NCBI GenBank assembly: GCA_965367815.1
Contig: CBDUKN010000015.1
Span: 1-64,000, forward strand
From: an uncultured Thermoprotei archaeon
GTDB lineage: Archaea; Thermoproteota; Thermoprotei; Thermofilales; B15-G2
Direction: 5' to 3'
DNA: 64,000 bases
Part shown: one piece after another, positions 10,318 through 19,246 of the stretch
Layout: each line of letters begins with the position of its first letter
Position numbering within the stretch: the first letter of the stretch is position 1
Program-made: the position numbers and the translations under genes
The notes under the pieces: generated by a model
What the model was told of the DNA's origin: nothing
Databases searched by the model: none
Seen by the model: the letters and a program-made list of their open reading frames with translations, nothing else

Positions 10318-11508
10318 ATGGAACTTTACGTAGCTTTTAAATTTAGAGTAAAGATTCCAAGAGAAAAAGCAGAAGAAATCTATAGGGTAATGAGGAGGTT
10401 TCGAGAGAATATGAAGAAAATCAGGGTTTTAGTAAAGTTGCTGAGAAAGCAGGGTTATAGTGAGGAGGAAGCGTTTAAAATTGCTATTGAGCGCTATAGA
10501 ATAAAGAACTTGATTATGCCGGGGAGTCAAAAACAAGTGAGAGCCTATATTACTTCAAAGTTACACAGAGCTGATTCACTAATTCTCTTAAAGCGTTTTG
10601 GCTACAAGTATACTTGCTATTTTGTAGAGAAAGATAGCAGAGTTTTCTTAAGAATTGGTGGTGAAATTGACGCATGGATTCCGGTGAAAAAAGGCATATT
10701 CAAGGCTATTAAGAAGAGGGAGAGCTGGGGGTGGAAGCCTGTCGAGCTAGTACTTAAGTTCCTCAATTTTACTAAGAGAAATGGACTCTTTGAAGTAATT
10801 GTAGTTTTCAAGGTTTCAGTAAAGAAGATTTCTATTGAGGACATTAGAGAAGCTTTAAGAAGTAGTAGACTCTCCTTGATTTCAGTTGACATCAACGCTA
10901 TTCATGGAGCGTACTTCGGGTTATTTAGAGTACAGGATAGTGAACTTAAATTAATTGGAGTAAGGAAAACGAATGTTAATTGGCGGCTAGTTGAATATCA
11001 TCTTAAGAGGAAGGCGGAGCTTCAGAGTAAGCTTAAGAAGAAAGGGCTTTCTTCTAGAGAATTTAGAGAGCTTAGGCAGCTTGAGAGAAAGATCGGCAAT
11101 TTAATAGTGTGCCCTAAAAGGAGAGGTCTTGGTATTCTACGTGAATTAATTAGAAGAGAGCAGAGTCTTGGGAGAAAAGTTGTTGTAGTAATAGAAAATA
11201 TTAGTGAAAAAGATGTGCAGGGGATGTGTAATAGTAGTCCAAAAATAAACAGAGCTATAAAATGGTTTATGAGTGGGTGGCAGAAGCGAATACAATTTCT
11301 GGCTAAAATTGAAGGAGCATATTTCATGACTGTAAATAAGGCGTTTTCTTCAAAAAAGTGTCCAGTATGCAGTAAAGTAATGAAGTTTATTGACAATAGA
11401 TGGCTTTACTGTAGTCAGTGTAATAGGGAGTATCATAGGGACGTAGCTGCTTTAGAGAACCTAGCGAAAAGAGCATTAAAGAAAATAAAGAAACATAATA
11501 CTTCTTAA
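10318..11508 (+). CDS. tnpB: RNA-guided endonuclease TnpB family protein
   Basis: RuvC-I SVDIN, RuvC-II VIEN, Zn finger CPVC..CSQC, RuvC-III HRDVAALENL; GAGGTG Shine-Dalgarno upstream. Confidence 0.9.
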   Translation: MELYVAFKFRVKIPREKAEEIYRVMRRFRENMKKIRVLVKLLRKQGYSEEEAFKIAIERYRIKNLIMPGSQKQVRAYITSKLHRADSLILLKRFGYKYTCYFVEKDSRVFLRIGGEIDAWIPVKKGIFKAIKKRESWGWKPVELVLKFLNFTKRNGLFEVIVVFKVSVKKISIEDIREALRSSRLSLISVDINAIHGAYFGLFRVQDSELKLIGVRKTNVNWRLVEYHLKRKAELQSKLKKKGLSSREFRELRQLERKIGNLIVCPKRRGLGILRELIRREQSLGRKVVVVIENISEKDVQGMCNSSPKINRAIKWFMSGWQKRIQFLAKIEGAYFMTVNKAFSSKKCPVCSKVMKFIDNRWLYCSQCNREYHRDVAALENLAKRALKKIKKHNTS

Positions 11509-11510
11509 GA

Positions 11511-11686
11511 GCCTCCTAGGGACAATTGTCCCTAGGAGGGACGTTATCTAGTCAGAACCCGACCCCGTGACGAAGCCCCTAGCCCCCGCGATGTGGGTGG
11601 GTGTTTTCAATGAAGAGAGGGGAATGGAAACCAGACTCCTCTCCAAGAAAACCCCACCAAAAACCGGAGAAACAGATCTAGGAGGC
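11511..11686 (+). ncRNA. putative omegaRNA (TnpB guide scaffold) at the element right end
   Basis: GC-rich region just after the tnpB stop: perfect 28-bp palindrome 11512-11539, long hairpin 11596-11658, and 11511-11519 complementary to 11678-11686. Confidence 0.7.
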
Positions 11687-12385
11687 AAGTTAATAGCTTA
11701 CTCTCTTGAAGAAAAATACTACATTATCGCCGGGTATGCTATAAAGTGCTGGACTCCTACAGGTATTATACCTAGCTATGGTGTTCATAGACTACTTATT
11801 CCGAGAACAGTAGTAAGGTGGAGAGCACATGTAAGTGGAGGACATGTAGTTAAAGGAGGATTTCTCGTAAAAATCTTCACTGGAATAAGAGCAGTCATAG
11901 TACTGGATAATTCTGGAGAAAAATACAGTCTCTTAATTTTGGGCTCAAATAAAACAGGCTCGCCTGAATACTCGGCGAAACTAACGCCTCAAGTAGCTTA
12001 CAGTTTACCAGTAGGAGAAAACTGTGAAGGAATACTATTAAACATTAGCGTCGATACCGCTCCTGCAGCAATAGAACTTAAGTTTACGGCTAGTGAGAAG
12101 ATAGCTTCCGGGAAACTGCATATAAGAATTAATTTAATTAACTCGAGCGGTAATGTCGTCTGTACAACTCCGGCTACGATTCTTGAGGGAAAATATTTCA
12201 AAGCAGTACTGTTAGCTCCGAAGAAAGGAGACTACATGATACAAGTCAATTTACAGTACTTGTCCCAGGATAAAGTCTCTCTAACTATGACTCTAAGTAA
12301 GGTGGAGAAAACAAGTCTAAGCTCCTTTAATTACAACAAAGAATGGAACGTATGGGTAGGAATATTAAAGTCGATTAAACAGTAA
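11687..12385 (+). pseudogene. 3' part of the host exported-protein gene split by the TnpB element
   Basis: In frame with 9287..9523 after excision; the first ~40 codons of track ORF 11567 are element sequence. Confidence 0.7.
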
Positions 12386-13301
12386 TCTCTTCAATAGAAT
12401 CAAAGGATTTAACTAGAAATACTTTCAGTTTATTTAGCTTCAAAAACTGCTTAAGCTCTATGTAAAATCTCTTTTCTTCACTTTCTTTAATTAAAGCCCC
12501 TGCAGCTACCGCGTGTCCTCCACCTCCCATTTTCTTAGCTATTACTGAGCAGTCGTACTTTCCTTTAGACCCGAAGTGGAGCTTAAGTCGACCTCTTTTC
12601 TCGGGGACTATTATGCATGTAAACATCGCTCCTCTTTTCTCAAGCTCTATTGATAGAGCCCTGCCGTGAATATCTAGCTTACTGCATATTCTCACAACCA
12701 TTACTGGCTCGACGCGAATCCTATCAGCCAACTTAATGGTGTTTTCTCTCGTTTCTCTATGTCTCTCAATCCATTTCCTTACTTCACTTAACTTCAGTAC
12801 TTCAAGACCCTGTTTAGCCAAGTTTTTAACTAAAAATATTTTCCCCCGATAGTCTGATCCCTTAACTGCATCATTTAGATCCCATGCTTCTTGAGAAACA
12901 ATATTTGCTGTGTCTGCTTCAACAGCTATTTCGACAAGCTTTTTTACTAAAGGGTTTTCCTCAAGACCCATTGCCTTAGCCATTAAGACAGCTGCAGCAG
13001 GAGCCTCTGGGTCGTGGTAAACTATTTTCGCTCTAGGAATATTCGACTTATGGTGATCAACATAGACAACTGTTTTAGGAGGACACGGCAAGTCTGCGAC
13101 AATATCCCATTTCACATACTTCATCCACCCGACTTTAAGGGGATAGTGTTCTAGCTCTCTAGGCCTCGCTAAAACTACTACAGCATCAGGGTGCTTAATG
13201 TAAGCTATAGTCGCCGAAACTATGCCGTCGACATCTTCCTCATGCGAAAGAATAAGAGGTTTTCGAAACAGCTTAGCGTAAATAACATCAATTAGCCTCA
13301 C
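12375..13301 (-). CDS. DHH/DHHA1 family phosphoesterase
   Basis: SHEEDVDG, YVDHH and GGGGHAVAAG motifs. Confidence 0.9.
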   Translation of the reverse strand: MRLIDVIYAKLFRKPLILSHEEDVDGIVSATIAYIKHPDAVVVLARPRELEHYPLKVGWMKYVKWDIVADLPCPPKTVVYVDHHKSNIPRAKIVYHDPEAPAAAVLMAKAMGLEENPLVKKLVEIAVEADTANIVSQEAWDLNDAVKGSDYRGKIFLVKNLAKQGLEVLKLSEVRKWIERHRETRENTIKLADRIRVEPVMVVRICSKLDIHGRALSIELEKRGAMFTCIIVPEKRGRLKLHFGSKGKYDCSVIAKKMGGGGHAVAAGALIKESEEKRFYIELKQFLKLNKLKVFLVKSFDSIEEITV

Positions 13302-13357
13302 ATGGTTTAAAAGAAGAGAAATATAAAAATTAAACTGAGAAAAATTTATGTTAAATT

Positions 13358-13591
13358 TTATTCTTTAATTACCTCTCTTCCCTGGTCAGTAATGATATAT
13401 TTGCCTTTCTCTGGTCTCTCAACGTATCCTGCTCTTACTAGAGCTCTCATTTTGCCTATTACGCTCTTAACTGGTACGCCAGATTTCTCTGCGATCTGCT
13501 TACAGGTTGCTGGCTCAGTGAATTCTGCAAGAGCTTTTAAGATTTTAATACCCTTTTCATCTAATACCTGAGATTTTGCACACACCATCAA
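13358..13591 (-). CDS. small winged-helix DNA-binding protein
   Basis: ILKAL..TCKQIAEKSG..MRALVRAGYVE..GKYIIT pattern. Confidence 0.8.
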   Translation of the reverse strand: MMVCAKSQVLDEKGIKILKALAEFTEPATCKQIAEKSGVPVKSVIGKMRALVRAGYVERPEKGKYIITDQGREVIKE

Positions 13592-13778
13592 TAAGTACTT
13601 TAAAACTCTAGGATTTAAATCTATCGTTTATTCTCATGTAGAGATATTTATATTAATCATCAATAACAGAGATATATCCTTTTGAAATTTCATTACACCA
13701 TAGTTTAATGGGAAATGCAGATAAATACTCTTATTTTTCAGGCGGTTAAACCTTTATCCTGTTTCCCGCCGATACCTT

Positions 13779-14534
13779 GTGTTTAGCAGATTAGAGGCTG
13801 CGGCTGAACTTATAGCTAAATCGCGCTACACAGTAGTCTTTACTGGAGCAGGAATCTCCGCTGAGAGCGGTATACCAGTGTTCCGCGGCAAAAACGGTCT
13901 CTGGCGCAAGTACCGCGCAGAAGAACTCGCTACACCTCAGGCTTTCACAAGAAACCCTAGCTTAGTATGGGAATGGTATAAGTGGCGCATGAGTATTGTT
14001 TTTCGCGCAAAACCTAATCCAGCTCATTTAGCTATAGCCGAGTTAGAGAAAAGGGGCTTAGTAAAGGCAGTTATTACTCAAAATGTTGACGGCTTGCACC
14101 AGGCAGCGGGTTCTTGCACAGTCATTGAGCTCCACGGAAACCTTCGTAGAGCTAGGTGCACTAACTGCAACTTTAAGCAGGAATTCAAAGACGTCCCCCG
14201 CGACCCTCTGCCTAAGTGCCCTAAGTGCGGGAGTTTACTGAGACCTGACGTTGTCTGGTTCGGTGAACCTCTGCCTGAAGACGCTTGGAGAAATGCTGTA
14301 CACCACGTACTGCTGTGTGACTGCATGATTATTGTGGGTACTAGTGGTGTAGTCTATCCAGCCGCCTATTTACCTTACTTAGCTAAAGAGCACGGGGCTT
14401 CGCTAATAGAGGTTAATGTAAGGGAGTCTGCTTTAACTCCTATAGTGGATGTATTTTTAGAAGGAAAAGCTGGCGAGATACTGCCGACTTTAGCTGAAGC
14501 TGTGTTAAAAAAGTACTTAATTTTAAATAATTAG
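13779..14534 (+). CDS. cobB: NAD-dependent protein deacylase, Sir2 family
   Basis: [22 protein letters not shown], CxxC..Cxx[10 protein letters not shown] and GTS motifs. Confidence 0.95.
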   Translation: MFSRLEAAAELIAKSRYTVVFTGAGISAESGIPVFRGKNGLWRKYRAEELATPQAFTRNPSLVWEWYKWRMSIVFRAKPNPAHLAIAELEKRGLVKAVITQNVDGLHQAAGSCTVIELHGNLRRARCTNCNFKQEFKDVPRDPLPKCPKCGSLLRPDVVWFGEPLPEDAWRNAVHHVLLCDCMIIVGTSGVVYPAAYLPYLAKEHGASLIEVNVRESALTPIVDVFLEGKAGEILPTLAEAVLKKYLILNN

Positions 14535-14552
14535 GTAATATTTAGTGGACTA

Positions 14553-15632
14553 ATGGATGAACTCTTTGAGCGTAAAGACGAACACATTAAAATTGCCGTA
14601 GAGAAGAACGTAGAGCTTGTTGGCGAAAGTCTCTTGGATGACGTATATTTAATCCACTACGCTTGCTCAGAAGTAGCTCCAAGCGAAGTAGACTTATCTA
14701 CACTATTTTTAGGTCGGCGCTTTAGAGCTCCAATAGTAATTGAAGCCTTAACTGGAGGAACTCCTCTTGGGAAGAAAATCAACGCTATTTTAGCCGATGT
14801 AGCCGAAGAGTACGGTGTACCTATTGGTGTTGGCAGCCAGCGAATAGCTATAGAGAAAAGCGAGCTAGAAGACTCCTTTAAAGTAGTTCGCGAAAAAGCA
14901 CCTAGCGCTTTTATTATCGCAAATATTGGTGCTGCTCAATTGGCTGGCGAAAAAGGCTTCGAGTATGCTTTTAGAGCAGTAGAAATGCTGGACGCCGATG
15001 CTCTAGCAGTGCACTTGAATTTACTTCACGAGCTTATTCAAGTTAAAGGAGACTCTAGCTTCAAGGGGCTGCTGGGCAAAATTAAGGTCTTGTCTAAAGA
15101 GCTGGGAGTCCCTATTATAGCTAAAGAAGTAGGCTACGGTATAAGCAGAGAAGCAGCACTAGCTTTAAGCGAGGCAGGTGTAAGCGCTATTGATGTAGCG
15201 GGCAAGGGAGGTACCTGCTGGAATATAATAGAGTCTATTAGAGCCGAAAAGAGAGGAAACATTCTGAAGAAAAGGCTCGCCGAGTGCTTTAAGGAATGGG
15301 GTATGCCTACAGCTATATCGATTTTAGAGATTAGAAGCGTGCTTCCGAAAATTCCTTTAATAGGCTCTGGAGGAGTAAGGTCTGGCTTAGATGTAGCGAA
15401 AGTACTTGCTCTTGGAGCAGATTTAGGCGGAATGGCTCTACCGTTTCTCAAGCATGCTTACAGCGGAGGCCTTGAAGCTGTTAAAAATTACTTGGAAATA
15501 GTTCTCCTCGAGCTGAGAATAGCTATAGCTTTAACTGGATGCCGCAGTATTAGAGAATTTAGGGAAAAAGAAGTATATGTTGTTTCCGACCGTATTTTAA
15601 GCTGGCTTAAACAGCGTGGAATTAGTCTTTAA
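14553..15632 (+). CDS. fni: type 2 isopentenyl-diphosphate delta-isomerase
   Basis: RKDEHI, ALTGG, GVGSQR, KEVGYG and DVAGKGGT motifs. Confidence 0.95.
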   Translation: MDELFERKDEHIKIAVEKNVELVGESLLDDVYLIHYACSEVAPSEVDLSTLFLGRRFRAPIVIEALTGGTPLGKKINAILADVAEEYGVPIGVGSQRIAIEKSELEDSFKVVREKAPSAFIIANIGAAQLAGEKGFEYAFRAVEMLDADALAVHLNLLHELIQVKGDSSFKGLLGKIKVLSKELGVPIIAKEVGYGISREAALALSEAGVSAIDVAGKGGTCWNIIESIRAEKRGNILKKRLAECFKEWGMPTAISILEIRSVLPKIPLIGSGGVRSGLDVAKVLALGADLGGMALPFLKHAYSGGLEAVKNYLEIVLLELRIAIALTGCRSIREFREKEVYVVSDRILSWLKQRGISL

Positions 15633-16439
15633 TAGTGACATGAAACCTGCAGTATTTATCTCCCTTCGCTATACACTCTATCTCCTTTGCCTCAACTTTG
15701 TCTATGTTTGATACTCCGCAAATAGCCGCAAACCATCCCGCTACCATTCCACGCATGAAATGGCTAGCCGGCCTGCCTTGATTCAAGTATAGTTCGCATT
15801 CAAAGTTTCTGTGTACGATACACTCCATTATCCTTTTCTTTAAATCAAGCACTGCTACCTCTACTAAGCCATAGCCTGCTACAGTACAAGTAGCTGAAGC
15901 TATTTTTAAAGCTTTATTTATGTCGCCCCCCGCTATTTTCAAATGATTTTGGTACATCTTCTGCCCTACCTGAAATCCCATGAAATACAACAAAACAGAG
16001 TACTCTTCACCTATTTTATCTTTAATGTCCTTAAATAAAGCCGTGTAGACAGGTTCTCTCAATATAAGAGCTCTCTCGTTAGCTATCATCGGCGGAAAAG
16101 AGTACTGGTCTACTATTACTCCGCTAGCTAGTTGATCTACTACTTTTACATCTTTAACGTAGTCTATTTTCTTAAGCTCTGCTACAACATCGTTTATATC
16201 TATTTCTCTGTTAGTTAAATCAACGAATATTATTGTAGAGGCTCCCTTTTCATGAATCGAAGTCCTCAGAAAAACTATAGGTATTTTTCGACTTGAAAAT
16301 ACTTTAGTTGCTTTCTCAAGTAGACCTACGGCTTTTACCGCCTCAGCTGAAAAACTATGTGAAAACCTTTAAGCTTGTGTTCTGGTAGAACAAAGAATCC
16401 TCCTACGGGGTAGCAGTAGGTTTCTCTTTGCTCCTCCAT
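15622..16439 (-). pseudogene. ACT-like plus V4R domain protein with a 1-nt frameshift in a homopolymer at ~16350-16354
   Basis: V4R motifs FEC..SHFMRG..EIECIAKGDKYCRF; the frame is open upstream of the track start; ATG at 16439 joins it if one base is added to the 5-nt run. Confidence 0.75.
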
Positions 16440-16510
16440 ACGTATAGTATTGTTAAAAAGAGAAGAATATATTTTTCGAGTGTAGGAGGCACTTCAATAG
16501 AATAGAAATG

Positions 16511-17764
16511 CTACTTTAAGCTGTTTAAAGCCTTCAACGCCTCTTCAACAAGCTTTTCGGCGCACCCTCTTTTTAAAATAGTTACAGGGAACTTTGCTTC
16601 ATAGCCTCCTTTATCGTATTCTTCTGCTGGAGGAACGTAGCCTAAGTAATCATTTGTGTAAGCGACTACAATTGTATTAGGGAATGGCGACTTCGATTTA
16701 AGTTCTAGCCCTATTTTAACGAGAACTTCTCCTGGCAAGAAGACTAGTGCAGTAGACTTAGACAGCTTTAGTGCGTAGACTCTGGCAGAAAGTTTTCCTC
16801 CAGTGCCGTATATTTTGGCCATGTAGAGTATTCTTTCTGCCTCAAATAGCTCAAAACAGAGTTTTGCTTCAGCTTCTCTGTCTCCCTTCTTTCTTGCTTC
16901 CTCAAGTTTCTCTCTAAGCTCAGATGCCTTTCTCTCAGTTTCCTTTAAGTCAGGGAACTCGGACATATCCAAGTCTACTTTAATAGAGACATAGTCGAAG
17001 CAGGGTTCTTCTCTAGCAGCAGCAAGTATTCTTCTAGCTGCTTCATAGGCTAGTATTTTTCCTAGTTTTTCTACGTCTTCAAAAGACCCTATTCTCTTAT
17101 ACACTTCGCCTGGAGCAGAGCCTATAACAGGATTTATGTCTCCACAGCATCCTTGGAGAAAAACAGCGTTTTGGCAGAAAATATGCTCTAAGTTCCTTAC
17201 AAGGGCTCCAGGGTAATCCGCACTTATAAGTAGATTGCTCGGCCCTAAGACAACTGCATGTGCAGTGACGTTTACAATGAATACGCTTTTGGGAGAAGCT
17301 TCTAGTTTAACTACATGGAGACGCGGATCAACAGGTCCTTTCTCGGGGTCTCTTCGGTTAACTACTTGGTCTTGTACGTCTCCTATAGCCCAGTCTACTC
17401 CACTAACATCATTTTCATCGAGAATAGCCGCTTTAATGCAGCCAGCAATTTTTTCAGACAAGTCTTTGATAACCTTGTCTGTAAGAACAGGACCTGAATG
17501 AGTATGAGAGGCAGTCATAGCTAAGTTTTCTTCACTTAGGCCCGTGTCTTTTATCTTATCTAATACTTTCCTGTAAAGAGGTCTATTAACTCCAATAAGA
17601 TCATGTGAAACTAAAGCAAAAACTTTCTCTCCTTCCTTAAATACTGTACAGCGAGCATAGAGCTCGTCGTGGACTCCTTTAGAAACATCTTTTCGAGCAG
17701 CATAGCCAGCCATAAAGACTCCGATGGGAGGAGTTATTACTACTTTATGGAAACCTATTTTCAC
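16511..17764 (-). CDS. neutral/alkaline ceramidase-like amidohydrolase
   Basis: ITPPIG..MAGY, HDELYAR, ASHTHSGP, AH, SADYPG, QGCCGD and PGE motifs. Confidence 0.85.
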   Translation of the reverse strand: MKIGFHKVVITPPIGVFMAGYAARKDVSKGVHDELYARCTVFKEGEKVFALVSHDLIGVNRPLYRKVLDKIKDTGLSEENLAMTASHTHSGPVLTDKVIKDLSEKIAGCIKAAILDENDVSGVDWAIGDVQDQVVNRRDPEKGPVDPRLHVVKLEASPKSVFIVNVTAHAVVLGPSNLLISADYPGALVRNLEHIFCQNAVFLQGCCGDINPVIGSAPGEVYKRIGSFEDVEKLGKILAYEAARRILAAAREEPCFDYVSIKVDLDMSEFPDLKETERKASELREKLEEARKKGDREAEAKLCFELFEAERILYMAKIYGTGGKLSARVYALKLSKSTALVFLPGEVLVKIGLELKSKSPFPNTIVVAYTNDYLGYVPPAEEYDKGGYEAKFPVTILKRGCAEKLVEEALKALNSLK

Positions 17765-17964
17765 GATTCTTCACCGCCTTCTCGGTATTTAATAATTGTG
17801 ATAAAATATTTATCAACAAAATACTCTACGACAGTAATTAAGGTGTTCTACTCCAAGTCTTCAGTAGTAGAAAACTTATAAAACTGTGTTATATAAAGCA
17901 TTAATTCTATTAGATAGGAGTACTAACCAAAGCTCTGACAGTATGCGTCTTAAATAGTCATAAG

Positions 17965-18204
17965 TTACTTTTTACAACAATTTTTTGCAAGACTTCTAAC
18001 AAGTATTTCAAAAAATTCTTTTCCCAGTACAGTTGAAAGCGCCTCTTTGAAAGTATTATAGTCCTTAAATATTTCATCAATATTATTTATATTGAGTTTA
18101 ACTTTCAAGTGAAAAAGAATAACATGCTTTAATTCAGGGTCATTCTCAAGCATCTGCAGAAACTTCTCTTTTATTTTAATAAAATTCTGTGAAGCCTCAG
18201 TCAT
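17965..18204 (-). CDS. small helical protein, DUF3227/NitrOD5-like; start probably at 18204
   Basis: MTEASQ..VILFHLK..FKEALSTVLG pattern. Confidence 0.45.
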   Translation of the reverse strand: MTEASQNFIKIKEKFLQMLENDPELKHVILFHLKVKLNINNIDEIFKDYNTFKEALSTVLGKEFFEILVRSLAKNCCKK

Positions 18205-18415
18205 TGCTATCACCCAGCCGTAAAAGACTATTAAGAGAGAACAAGCTTTACATAGGCAGAAGACATGTGCAATATGAAATATATGCATACACTTCTACAC
18301 TTTACACTAGATATATTAAATTTTTGCTTATGTTCCTCTTACTCGCCATAAATTGGAACAAATACAAATTCCTAAGCATAGTACAAATAATAAACTTCTA
18401 CTAGTTGATATTGAC

Positions 18416-19147
18416 TTAAAAAGAAACAAGCGCTTTTAAAATAGCTTCGCCTACTTCGCGTTCAAGCTTCTTCTTCTCACTAGTTTCTAGTACTTCTCCT
18501 CTCAGAAGATCATTTACAACTATTAAAGCAGACGCTGAACGAAAACCTCTGAGCCTCGCTAAAGTAAAGAGAAGAGCACACTCCATTTCAACAGCAATAA
18601 TTCCTATTTTTCTCCACTTAGTAATGTAGTCTTCTTCCGCGTGAAAAGCATCACTTGACCCAATAATTCCTCTCTTAAAACTTATTTTCTTTTCTTCTAG
18701 TTCTTCACATATGGCTTCAGTTAACTTAAAGTCTGGCACGGCTGGAAAACAGGCGTCGCCAATGTACATTCCTATAGTGCCTCCAGGCAAATAAGCTGCT
18801 CCCTCAGCTACAACAACACTACCTACTTTCAAATCATCATGAAAGCTTCCACAGGACCCAAGTCTGACAATAGTTTTTGCCCCAAGCATTAAGAGCTCTT
18901 CAAAAACAATAGCAGCCGAAGGAGCTCCTATACCGTGAGTAGCTACAGTAACTTCTACTCCCTCGTAGCGTCCCGTATAAGTCAGAAAACCTCTATTTTC
19001 GTTAACTAGCTTAGCGTCTTCTAGAAGCTCAGCTAGCACCAGGACTCTACCTGGGTCTCCGCAGCACACGACTTTTTTAGCAATATCTCCGGGTTTAGCT
19101 AGAATATGAAATGGCTTTGATGTACAGACATGCTTTATTTCCATCAT
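18416..19147 (-). CDS. purine nucleoside phosphorylase (NP-I, DeoD/MTAP type)
   Basis: GDPGR, NRG, HGIGAPS, RLGSCG, SSDAF and VEME motifs. Confidence 0.9.
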   Translation of the reverse strand: MMEIKHVCTSKPFHILAKPGDIAKKVVCCGDPGRVLVLAELLEDAKLVNENRGFLTYTGRYEGVEVTVATHGIGAPSAAIVFEELLMLGAKTIVRLGSCGSFHDDLKVGSVVVAEGAAYLPGGTIGMYIGDACFPAVPDFKLTEAICEELEEKKISFKRGIIGSSDAFHAEEDYITKWRKIGIIAVEMECALLFTLARLRGFRSASALIVVNDLLRGEVLETSEKKKLEREVGEAILKALVSF

Positions 19148-19246
19148 ATGACTTACTGATAAAGCAGAATTAATTAGTTTAAGCTGTCATAGCGCTCGAA
19201 TACATACTTAGTAAGTTTTATTTCATGTGTATAGAGTAGTAGAAAT

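Larger units (their letters stand above)
9517..11686 (+). mobile_element. non-autonomous tnpB-only insertion element (IS200/IS605 or IS607 superfamily), 2163-bp unit
   Basis: AGGAGGC at 9517-9523 and 11680-11686; removing one unit joins EKTPPGG to KLIAYSLEEK in frame; contains tnpB but no Y1 or serine transposase ORF. Confidence 0.8.

Noticed and set aside
11603-11631. GTTTTCAATGAAGAGAGGGGAATGGAAAC looks like a CRISPR repeat next to a TnpB/Cas12f-sized gene
   Set aside because: Only one copy was seen, with no repeat-spacer periodicity, and it is fully explained as one arm of the 11596-11658 hairpin
11567-11686. N-terminal 40 codons of track ORF 11567..12385
   Set aside because: They lie in the element's structured right end; host coding sequence resumes at 11687
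9517-11686. Self-splicing IStron or intron interpretation, since removal restores the frame
   Set aside because: No group I intron core or bulge-helix-bulge junction was recognised; any precise insertion restores the frame, and the host gene has other lesions upstream
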